A stretch of 58,810 bases of DNA from Candidatus Micrarchaeota archaeon. Lineage in GTDB: Archaea; Micrarchaeota; Micrarchaeia; Anstonellales; Bilamarchaeaceae. The first letter of the stretch is position 1; every line of letters begins with the position of its first letter. The stretch lies in assembly GCA_043827025.1 (NCBI GenBank), contig JBDRPL010000025.1, forward strand, positions 1 through 58,810. The letters are read 5' to 3'. The notes beneath the pieces were generated by a model that was not told the DNA's origin, searched no databases, and saw only the letters and a list, made by a program, of their open reading frames with translations. Positions 50,304 to 58,358 of the stretch are shown here, in pieces. The position numbers and the translations under genes are program-made.

Positions 50304-50363
50304 GACCGATTGTTCGTAGCGACGAACAATGGTCCACAAATCGGATTCTTCGATTTGTCGGAC
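50304..50363. repeat. Twin-hairpin element, copy 1
   Basis: GACCGATTGTTCGT-AGCG-ACGAACAATGGTC plus CACAAATCG-GATTCTT-CGATTTGTCGG; similar to 58136-58188. Confidence 0.65.
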
Positions 50364-50490
50364 CCAGAACCCAAAACCTGAGACAATAAGTAGATATTGG
50401 GCCTTGGATTTACCTCGCATGGCTCGGTAAATGCACCCCAATTTTCCACGCTGCAAAACCCAGGACGCTGGACACGAAACAAGGGAAAAT

Positions 50491-50658
50491 TGGGCCCGTT
50501 GAGATTTGAACTCAAGACCTTTCGATGACCATCTTTTCTTTTGGAAAGAAAAGCTAGTCGCCCCAAAAGAAAGGTATCAGTCGAACGCTCCAACCGTTTC
50601 AGGAAGCAAAGCTTCATGAAAAAAGCGAATGCTTCGCTTCTGACTGAGCTACGGGCCC
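50491..50658 (-). tRNA. tRNA-Ile(GAT) with two introns (D-loop 50597-50641, anticodon 50527-50574)
   Basis: Spliced 75 nt: GGGCCCGTAGCTCAGTCCGGTTGGAGCGTTCGACTGATAATCGAAAGGTCTTGAGTTCAAATCTCAACGGGCCCA. D-loop BHB has a TCAG/CTGA helix. Confidence 0.9.
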
Positions 50659-50850
50659 GTATATGATTTACTTTGTTACCAAATAAGTAACTACCAATAT
50701 CGCAGCTATTGCTACTATTGCGAATAAAAGTTCATTCCCCATGCCTTATTCACATCGTTTATTTTTTTAAAACTATGGGGGCACGGATTTAAAAGTTTTA
50801 GCAGAATCCTGCAACAAGGCTTTTAACTTCCTGCTCACAAATGAATCCTC

Positions 50851-51951
50851 ATGAAGATAGCAATTCTCGGTGACACGCATCTCGGTTATTCCCGTTTCGA
50901 GGACGATTCATTAAAACATGCAGAGAAGGCATTGCTTGACGCAGATCAGAAGGCAGATGTAATAATCCATGCAGGAGACCTGTTTGACATCAAGGTTCCA
51001 AAACTCGAAACAATCAACCAAGCTCTCCAATTATTCAAGAAGCTGAAGAAACCTGTAATCGCAATCTTCGGCAATCATGAAAGAAGAAGCAAGGACATGA
51101 TCAACCCAGTGCAACTTCTAGCAAACGCAGGTGTTTTGGAATACCTGCACGGAACTGAAAAACAAATCGAAATGAACGGAGAAAAACTACAAATCTTCGG
51201 GATGAGCAGTGTGCCTGAGGAATTGGCAAGCACAGCAATCAAGACGGTTATGAAAAATTATTCGCCAAAAGAAGATGCATTCAAAATCCTTGTAATCCAC
51301 CAATCGATAAAAGAATTGGGCTCGAATTCAGACAATGAATTATCCTTGGAAGAGCTTGAACCTTTGCAATTCGACTTAATAATAAACGGTCACATTCACA
51401 AAAGAGAATCAAAATTAAATGGAAAATTTCTTATTCCCGGTAGTACAGTTTTAACTCAATTAAAGAAGGACGAAACAGAGCCAAAGGTTTACCTGTTATA
51501 TGATACGAAAACAAGAACCTTCGAAACAATCGACTTCGGCAGCAGGAAATTCTTTTTTGAGGATTTAATTTTCAGTGGAGCTGGCATCCAGGAAGTAAAG
51601 TCAGCTGTTGACCAGAAGATCATTGAATTAAAACAAGCGAATCCGGATTCAATTATCAAGATAAAAATCAAAGGAACCTTGAAAGAAGGTCTGGATTCAA
51701 AAGACATTTCATTTCCAATGAGGGAAAATGTCTACATTGACAATGACTTTGAATCCGCAAGCATACGGGAGAAGATAGAAAAGATCAGAAGCTCAAGAAC
51801 CGAGAATCTTTCAATAAAGGAATTCATAATGAAGCAACTGGCAGAAAAAGTAAATGGAAAAATAAGCATTGATTCCTATTTGCTGTTTGAAAAGCTATTG
51901 GAAGGGCCTGATGAAACAATAGAGTGGCTCAAGACTCATCCACTGCAATGA
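50851..51951 (+). CDS. mre11: Mre11/SbcD-like DNA repair nuclease
   Basis: DTHLG, AGDLFD, GNHE, HQ, GHIH, PGS. Confidence 0.85.
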   Translation: MKIAILGDTHLGYSRFEDDSLKHAEKALLDADQKADVIIHAGDLFDIKVPKLETINQALQLFKKLKKPVIAIFGNHERRSKDMINPVQLLANAGVLEYLHGTEKQIEMNGEKLQIFGMSSVPEELASTAIKTVMKNYSPKEDAFKILVIHQSIKELGSNSDNELSLEELEPLQFDLIINGHIHKRESKLNGKFLIPGSTVLTQLKKDETEPKVYLLYDTKTRTFETIDFGSRKFFFEDLIFSGAGIQEVKSAVDQKIIELKQANPDSIIKIKIKGTLKEGLDSKDISFPMRENVYIDNDFESASIREKIEKIRSSRTENLSIKEFIMKQLAEKVNGKISIDSYLLFEKLLEGPDETIEWLKTHPLQ

Positions 51952-51979
51952 TTAAATATATGCTTTCTGTTTATTTATC

Positions 51980-52696
51980 ATGCTTGCAGTAATCGGAGGA
52001 AGCGGATTTTATTCTTTAGGGAATGTGATTGATGAAATGGATGTAATAACTCCATATGGGACCGTAAAGGTTGATAAGGTCAAAATTGGCAATGGGGTTG
52101 TCCTATTCGTCCCGAGGCATGGAAAAGGCCATCATGTCCCTCCGCACAAAATAAATTACAAGGACCATATTTACGCATTGAAGAAATTGGGCGCATCAGC
52201 AGTTATTGCAAGCTATGCAACGGGTGGAATGTCAAAATACAAACCAGGCGACATTGTTCTTTTGGATGATTTCCTTGGATTTAACACTCCCATTACCTTT
52301 TATGATAGTTTCTCCCAGGGGATGAAGCACGTTGATTTCACAGAGCCATTTAACAGGAAGCTGCAAGCACTTGTGATGAAAGCTGCAAAATCAGCAAAAG
52401 TTTCTTTGAAAAAAGGCGGCATAATTGCAACAATGCCTGGTCCGAGATTTGAGACGAGAGCTGAGATAAAAGCCCTTCAGAAAATGGGTGCGAATTTAGT
52501 CAGCATGACCTGTGCATATGAAGTTATATTGGCGCATGAGCTCGGCATTCCATTTGTTGGTTTGGCAACTGTGACCAATCTTGCATGTGGTTTGAGTAAA
52601 AAAGAAATAACTACGGAAGAGGTAATGGAAACTCTGAACAGGTCGAAAGGAAAGATAAATTCTATTATTGTGAAACTATCTGCGCTTGTACATTGA
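51980..52696 (+). CDS. mtnP: MTAP-family purine nucleoside phosphorylase (MTA/MTI phosphorylase)
   Basis: IGGSG, TPYG, RHG..H..PPH, GPRFETRAE, SMT...E, VTN.A.G. Confidence 0.85.
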   Translation: MLAVIGGSGFYSLGNVIDEMDVITPYGTVKVDKVKIGNGVVLFVPRHGKGHHVPPHKINYKDHIYALKKLGASAVIASYATGGMSKYKPGDIVLLDDFLGFNTPITFYDSFSQGMKHVDFTEPFNRKLQALVMKAAKSAKVSLKKGGIIATMPGPRFETRAEIKALQKMGANLVSMTCAYEVILAHELGIPFVGLATVTNLACGLSKKEITTEEVMETLNRSKGKINSIIVKLSALVH

Positions 52697-53050
52697 ATTT
52701 ACTTCGGTATTGTCACGTATCTGGTTTTCGATCCTGTAAACAATCGCTGCAGCTGCCTTTCTGACTTCTTCATCCTTATCGTTCGCAGCAAGCCATTGCA
52801 TTGTAGGTTTTATCCTGTAATCAGACCAATAGGAGTTTATCCTTACGTACTCAAGCCTTATCTTTGGATCTGGATTCTTGTAAACTTCATCAGTGGTAAC
52901 ACTTGCGTAATCTCGTACTCCATAGGCGAACCTCATTAAGCCTGAGAGAGCCTCGGACCTTTTTTCAGAAGTGTTTTTTGCATCTGAATATATTGCAACT
53001 AAAGAGTCCATGTATTTCTTGCATTCTCCCCAAGCTTTTTTGTCATCCAT
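52676..53050 (-). CDS. HEAT-repeat-like hypothetical protein
   Basis: NPDPKIR and NDKDEEVRKAA HEAT-like segments. Confidence 0.55.
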   Translation of the reverse strand: MDDKKAWGECKKYMDSLVAIYSDAKNTSEKRSEALSGLMRFAYGVRDYASVTTDEVYKNPDPKIRLEYVRINSYWSDYRIKPTMQWLAANDKDEEVRKAAAAIVYRIENQIRDNTEVNSMYKRR

Positions 53051-53054
53051 ACTT

Positions 53055-54101
53055 TCACCTTGTTATTTTTATTTGCTCAAGCTGTTTCATGTACTCAGAA
53101 TGCTTCTCAAAATAATCCCTGCAAGGCTTAAGCATTGCAACCAATTCCTTTGCAACTGCATTTTTCAAATCCATGGGGTGCAATTTCTCTTCAATGTAAA
53201 CCTTTGTCAATTCTTCAAGGTTGACATCCAAATCTCCGCCGAATTTTGCAGGCCTTTCTATCTTTAGGTTCCTATCTCTTAGTATCAAATATTCTGCAAT
53301 CTCATAAATTGGATTGCCTTTTGTTTCCTTTGGAGGGCAATGCGCCTTCTTTACTTTCCTTTCAATCTCCTCAGGTGAATCATGCAAGAATATTGATGAG
53401 TCGGGTTTGGATTTGCTCATTTTTTTATCCAATTCAGTTTCCATTCTTCCTGGTCCCTGCAACCCGGGTAATAGGTGTGTGTGCATTGCAACGAATTTCT
53501 TGTTGAACTTTGGCGCAACTTCTCGCAAAAGCATGTGCACTTTTCTTTGGTCCATACCTGCATGAGCTATTTGAACATTTAACCTAAGTATGTCTGCAGC
53601 CTGCATTGCAGGATAGAAAATTGCAGAACTTGGAAGTGAATCGCTTTCAGTTCTTCCCATTATTGTTGTGCACCTCATCATTCTATTTATTGTAGTGTCT
53701 TTGGCAATCCTCAGGGTATCTGCCCAAAATTCATTGTCATAAACTTTTGAAGATAGCTTGTATTCCACTTTGTCTTCATCAAGCCCAAGTGATACGAATG
53801 CGTGCTTGAAGTACCCTTCTCCAAACTTTTGGATCAGTTCAAGGTCTCCGCCTAATTTCCCATTGATCCAGGCATGGTAATCGGCTAACCATATCATACA
53901 CTTGCATCCTGCCTTGTGCAAATCATTTATCTTCAAGGCTGTTGACAATCCCGCTGCAATATGAACCATTCCGGATATTTCGAATCCAATATAGTGCTGA
54001 GGGTGTGTATAGGTTTGGAATATCTCTAGTAAATCTGCTTCTGTGACAATCTCTTCAGTCGGCTTTCTTTTGACAAGCTCTATCTTTGTTTCTATGTCCA
54101 T
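53055..54101 (-). CDS. tyrS: Tyrosine--tRNA ligase (archaeal type)
   Basis: YIGFEISG.VH, YPAMQAAD, GMDQRK, KMSKS. Confidence 0.96.
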   Translation of the reverse strand: MDIETKIELVKRKPTEEIVTEADLLEIFQTYTHPQHYIGFEISGMVHIAAGLSTALKINDLHKAGCKCMIWLADYHAWINGKLGGDLELIQKFGEGYFKHAFVSLGLDEDKVEYKLSSKVYDNEFWADTLRIAKDTTINRMMRCTTIMGRTESDSLPSSAIFYPAMQAADILRLNVQIAHAGMDQRKVHMLLREVAPKFNKKFVAMHTHLLPGLQGPGRMETELDKKMSKSKPDSSIFLHDSPEEIERKVKKAHCPPKETKGNPIYEIAEYLILRDRNLKIERPAKFGGDLDVNLEELTKVYIEEKLHPMDLKNAVAKELVAMLKPCRDYFEKHSEYMKQLEQIKITR

Positions 54102-54157
54102 ACGTACACCCAAATAGCTTAGACAATGGGAGGTGAAATTTTTAAAACGTCTTATCT

Positions 54158-55606
54158 ATGTATTTAGGCATGCAACTTGACAGAACTGATTTTTCAGAAT
54201 GGTATAATACCATAGTGAAAGAGGCTGAATTGGCAGACCTTAGGTATTCCTTGAAAGGATTCGTTGTTTTCATGCCCTGGTCAGTTTCAACAATGAAGAG
54301 AATGTATTCTATTTACGAAGAAGAGTTGGAGAAGAATGGCCATGCTCCTGCCTGGTTTCCTTCTTTGATACCCGAAGATAGTTTGAAGAAGGAAGCAGAG
54401 CATGTTGAAGGATTTTCAGCAGAAGCATATTGGGTCACCCATGCAGGAAAAAATCAATTGGAGCAGAGATATGCAATGCGGCCAACTTCAGAAATGGTAA
54501 TGTATCCAATGTATGCTTTGTGGATTCAGGGCGTTAAGGACCTTCCTTTGAAAATATATCAGAGCTGCCAAGTTTGGAGATATGAAACCAAAGCAACCCG
54601 TCCATTTATTCGCTCTAGAGAGTTCCATTGGATTGAAGCGCACAACGTGTTTGCAACTGAAGCAGATGCATTTGCACAGGTAAAAGAGGATATGCAGATG
54701 GCTGAGAATGTCATTCATAGAAAATTCGGCATTCCATTTTTATTCTTCAAAAGGCCTCAATGGGACAAGTTCGCAGGTGCTGTTGATACTTATGCAGCAG
54801 ATAGCCTGATGCCTGATGGAAAAGCACTACAATTACCGTCAACACATATGCTTGGCCAAAACTTCTCAAAAGCAGTTGGCCTGAAATATATGGATGAGAA
54901 GGGGAATGCAGAATATGGCTGGCAGACTTGTTACGGCCCTTGTATCTCAAGGATTTATTCTGCTTTGATTTCCATTCATGGGGATGATAAAGGCCTTGTA
55001 CTTCCGTTTGATTTGGCCCCAGTTCAGGTTGTGATAGTTCCGATTTACAAGAACGACAACAATGCCAAGGTTGATGATTATTGCGTCAAGATGATTGAGA
55101 CTCATCTTGTTGATTATAAAGCGAAGTATGATTCAAGCAATGAAAGGCCAGGATTCAAGTTCAATTACTGGGAGATGAAAGGTGTTCCTATTCGCCTTGA
55201 GATTGGCGAAAGGGATATGGCAGAAGGTTGTGTGATGCTGTTCAGAAGGGATAAGAAGGAGAAATGCAAAGTAAAGTTGAGCGAGTTGAATCATATGATT
55301 GAAGAGGTAAAGAAGGACATACTCACAACTCTTGTTTCGAATGCAGACGCATGGTTCAATAAAATGTTGCACAAGGCAAAGGATATTGAAGAGCTGAATA
55401 TTTACCTAGAAAGAGGCGGATTCGCAAGAGTTGCATTCTGTACAGACAGAAAAGAAGGCGAAGCATGCGCTGATGCCATAAAGGAGAAGACGCATGGCAA
55501 TGTCAGAGGTTCTTTGTTCGATTCAGAAGAAGTTCCAAAGAACGAGAAATGCGTTGTATGCGGAAAGAAAGCAACAATTTACCAATATGTGGCGAGGCAA
55601 TATTAA
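54158..55606 (+). CDS. proS: Proline--tRNA ligase (archaeal/eukaryal type)
   Basis: RPTSE, RYETK.TRPFIRSREF.W.E.H, HGDDKGL, C-terminal Zn site and ARQY. Confidence 0.97.
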   Translation: MYLGMQLDRTDFSEWYNTIVKEAELADLRYSLKGFVVFMPWSVSTMKRMYSIYEEELEKNGHAPAWFPSLIPEDSLKKEAEHVEGFSAEAYWVTHAGKNQLEQRYAMRPTSEMVMYPMYALWIQGVKDLPLKIYQSCQVWRYETKATRPFIRSREFHWIEAHNVFATEADAFAQVKEDMQMAENVIHRKFGIPFLFFKRPQWDKFAGAVDTYAADSLMPDGKALQLPSTHMLGQNFSKAVGLKYMDEKGNAEYGWQTCYGPCISRIYSALISIHGDDKGLVLPFDLAPVQVVIVPIYKNDNNAKVDDYCVKMIETHLVDYKAKYDSSNERPGFKFNYWEMKGVPIRLEIGERDMAEGCVMLFRRDKKEKCKVKLSELNHMIEEVKKDILTTLVSNADAWFNKMLHKAKDIEELNIYLERGGFARVAFCTDRKEGEACADAIKEKTHGNVRGSLFDSEEVPKNEKCVVCGKKATIYQYVARQY

Positions 55607-55664
55607 TTTTCTTTTTTCCAAATAAAATCACTTTTATAAACATTTCTTTTGATTATCATTTTCC

Positions 55665-56711
55665 ATGAAACTCGTTATTCCTAAAACCTACAGACCAAAA
55701 TTAGATGTAAGAAGAACTGAGCTGGCAATTCAATTCACCAGGGAGTTGTTCCAGGAAAAGCTTGCCAATGCTTTGAATTTGGAAAGAGCCAGCGCACCTC
55801 TTTTTGTTCCAAGAAAAAGCGGTCTTAACGATGATTTGAATGGAACTGAACGTGCAGTTTCATTCGATATTCCAGATGCTCAAAACGGAGATGTTGTAAT
55901 TGTGCATTCTCTTGCAAAATGGAAAAGGGATGCGCTTAGAAGATATGGTTATAGGCCTGGTGAAGGTATTTGGACCAATATGAATGCAATAAGGCGAGAT
56001 GAAGAACTGGGTAATATGCATTCGGCATATGTCGATCAGTGGGATTGGGAACGTGTTATTTCTGCGGGAGATCGCAACATACGTTTTCTTCATGAAGTAG
56101 TTAGGAACATTTTTGCAGCCATTAAGGCAACTGAGTTGGAAATTCACGATAGATTTAGTTTAACTCCTCATCTTCCAGATAATCTTCAATTCATAACTGC
56201 AATTGATTTGGAAGAACAATATCCAAATCTAACTCCTAAAGAAAGAGAAAACAAAGTTGCAAGGGAAATGGGCGCAGTTTTCATAAGCGGAATCGGAGCT
56301 GTATTGCCTATAAGTGGCGTTACTCATGATGGCCGTGCACCTGATTATGATGACTGGGCAACTGAATGGACTGATAATAAGGGGAAGCAACAGCAAGGAT
56401 TGAATGGAGATATCGTAGTATGGAATCCCATTCTTGAATGTGCATTTGAACTTTCATCCATGGGCATAAGGGTTAATCCTGTTTCTTTAGTTCGACAACT
56501 TATGATCAGAGATGCAATGGATAGGCGTCAATTGCCTTTCCACAGGATGTTAATAGAGAGTGAACTTCCTCTTTCAATAGGCGGGGGAATTGGCCAATCC
56601 AGATTATGCATGCTACTACTTCAAAAGGCACACATTGGCGAAGTTCATGCAAGTATTTGGCCTCCTGAGATGATACAAAAGCTTACAGAAGCAGGAATCC
56701 AGCTTTTGTAG
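55665..56711 (+). CDS. asnA: Aspartate--ammonia ligase (AsnA)
   Basis: SLAKWKR, HS.YVDQWDWE, HDGRAPDYDDW, ELSSMGIRV, SIGGGIGQSR. Confidence 0.97.
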   Translation: MKLVIPKTYRPKLDVRRTELAIQFTRELFQEKLANALNLERASAPLFVPRKSGLNDDLNGTERAVSFDIPDAQNGDVVIVHSLAKWKRDALRRYGYRPGEGIWTNMNAIRRDEELGNMHSAYVDQWDWERVISAGDRNIRFLHEVVRNIFAAIKATELEIHDRFSLTPHLPDNLQFITAIDLEEQYPNLTPKERENKVAREMGAVFISGIGAVLPISGVTHDGRAPDYDDWATEWTDNKGKQQQGLNGDIVVWNPILECAFELSSMGIRVNPVSLVRQLMIRDAMDRRQLPFHRMLIESELPLSIGGGIGQSRLCMLLLQKAHIGEVHASIWPPEMIQKLTEAGIQLL

Positions 56712-56758
56712 TTTTAACTATTATTTTTAAATTCTTCCCAGCTCTTTTATTATATTAT

Positions 56759-56924
56759 AGCCCTATCGTCTAGCGGTTAAGGATAGTGGACTTTGACTCC
56801 ATTGACATCGGTTCGAAGCAGAGCCCCAGCGGGCTCCGCACCTCTTGCGACCACGGATGCAAAACCAATCGGTTTCGCACCTCTTGCAACAAGAAGGTGC
56901 AATACGAAAATCCGGTTAGGGCTA
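56759..56924 (+). tRNA. tRNA-Gln(TTG) with a 93-nt T-loop intron (56818-56910)
   Basis: AGCCCTA/TAGGGCT acceptor stem, CTTTGAC loop, BHB TTCG-AA|G ... CGAA-AA|T. Confidence 0.92.
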
Positions 56925-57012
56925 TATTTTTATTTTTATCTCATAAGACTCTTCTTATGGGACCTTGGATTTGCTTTCTTGGCAAATGCGGGTCTCCCTT
57001 TTCTATTGAAAA

Positions 57013-57212
57013 GGGCCCTTAGTCGATCGGTAAGACGTTGCCTTCACATCTCAGCCCAAGGGGTGCGCCCCTTAGTCCGAGACGCTAGAGAACAAATATG
57101 TTCTCTGCGCCCATGGAACTTCGTTCCATCGGGCCGCCCAAACTTTAGTTTGGTGTTGATCTCGTGGTGGTGAGAACGGCAAAGACGGTGGGTTCAATTC
57201 CCTCAGGGCCCA
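57013..57212 (+). tRNA. tRNA-Val(CAC) with a 128-nt anticodon intron (57049-57176)
   Basis: GGGCCCT/AGGGCCC acceptor, TTGCC/GGCAA stem, BHB TTCA-CA|T ... TGAG-AA|C. One T-stem mismatch. Confidence 0.82.
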
Positions 57213-57526
57213 GTAAGCTAATTTTGTTTTCAGTTTTCGGTTCACAGTTTCCAGAAACTTCGACGGTAGTTGCCCGTTTTTGGTTTCCGGTTTTCTTATT
57301 GTTTTTCTTTGGTTTCGAATTCCATGGGTTTTGGGCCCTGAAGTTTTCGAAACCTCTTTTTTCATTCATCGTCTTCACCTCTTTTTTTGTCTGCTTGCTC
57401 CGCTAAGCGTGCCTTTTGTACCTGAGACACGGCATTTAGCTGACCGAAGGAGAGTAGTCAGTTGTCGGTTATCTGTTTCCGGTTTACTGACACGTCTTCA
57501 GTCTTAGCGTTACTGTAATCTATTTA

Positions 57527-57889
57527 TTATTCCTTTTGATCACCCTCTTCTATTGAGCTTTTGAGCTTACAGAGCATTGACCTTACCTTCATCAGAGCGG
57601 TCATGAAGCCCAGATGTTCCCTTTGGGGAATAACCTTCAGAGAATGGCAAAGATCAAGCCAGAACTCAGATTCGTTGGCTTCCCCTATGCAGGTTATGAG
57701 CTTCTGCTTCATTTGCGCCTTAGACTCAAAAGCCCCCATTTCTGCCAAGTTGGCACAGATTGATGAAACCGAGGCCAGCAACTGCTCTTTGGCCCTGAAG
57801 CTCATCTTCTTGTCCTCCATGAACTCAAAAACATCCTTTGAGAGGCGGAACGCCTCTTCATACACTCTCAGGTTCTTAAAGTTCTGCAT
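57527..57889 (-). CDS. Four-helix-bundle protein (23S rRNA IVP / bAvd-like family)
   Basis: F.NL.VY..A..L, QL..S..SI.AN.AE, GEANES.FWL. Start at ATG 57889 after GGTGA. Confidence 0.88.
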   Translation of the reverse strand: MQNFKNLRVYEEAFRLSKDVFEFMEDKKMSFRAKEQLLASVSSICANLAEMGAFESKAQMKQKLITCIGEANESEFWLDLCHSLKVIPQREHLGFMTALMKVRSMLCKLKSSIEEGDQKE

Positions 57890-57995
57890 CCTTTTCACCC
57901 GTGAAATAGTATACCCTTCCATCGGAGTATACTCCCTTTCTTTCCCATTCTTCCGTTTCTATTACATCCTTCAGATTTATTTCCGTTACCTTCAT
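57876..57995 (-). CDS. Putative 39-aa protein coupled to the four-helix-bundle gene
   Basis: MKVTEINLKDVIETEEWERKGVYSDGRVYYFTGEKDAEL with a GGAGG SD motif; its stop overlaps the next start region. Confidence 0.45.
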   Translation of the reverse strand: MKVTEINLKDVIETEEWERKGVYSDGRVYYFTGEKDAEL

Positions 57996-58052
57996 GTCAA
58001 AAACCTCCAATTCTTTGCCCTGCTCATTTTTGGTTAAGAGGGCGAAGAAGGA

Positions 58053-58244
58053 GGTTTTCGGAAACCGAAAACCAGCGGAGCTCGTTCGGTGCGATTTTTA
58101 TTCCCTTTAGCTTTAGCGACTCCGAACGCAGACCACCCAATTGTTCCGCAGAACAATGGGCCCATAAATCGACGTGTCGATTTATTGGAAAGGCATTTTA
58201 TTGGTTTCAGGTCGCAGACCGAACGGCTGAAAGCCGCTTGACCA
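58053..58244. other. GC-rich intergenic hairpin array, including twin-hairpin copy 2 at 58136-58188
   Basis: GGTTTTCGG-AAA-CCGAAAACC; CGTTCGG...CCGAACG; CCCAATTGTTC-CGCA-GAACAATGGG; ATAAATCGAC-GT-GTCGATTTAT; GGTC-GCA-GACC; CGGC-TGAAA-GCCG. Confidence 0.6.
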
Positions 58245-58358
58245 TTAAATTGCTTTTGTGTCGAGTACGGAGGAAAGGATTAAAATGAGCACGACGAAGG
58301 AGAGAACGAGCGATGCTACAATTCAAAAACAGTTCTTAATATACTAACTAAGATAGAA

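Noticed and set aside
50244..50617. 70-aa and 119-aa minus-strand ORFs
   Set aside because: They overlap tRNA-Ile and the hairpin trailer and show no protein motifs.
56786..57507. Several overlapping short ORFs on both strands
   Set aside because: They overlap tRNA-Gln, tRNA-Val and structured repeats. The minus-strand ORF near 57370 has an SD-like motif but runs antisense through tRNA-Val, so it was not called.
57527..57889. Diversity-generating retroelement
   Set aside because: Only an Avd-like fold is present; no reverse transcriptase and no TR/VR pair seen in the window.
57049..58244. Possible CRISPR array
   Set aside because: No identical direct repeats with regular spacers and no cas genes; the units are distinct hairpins.
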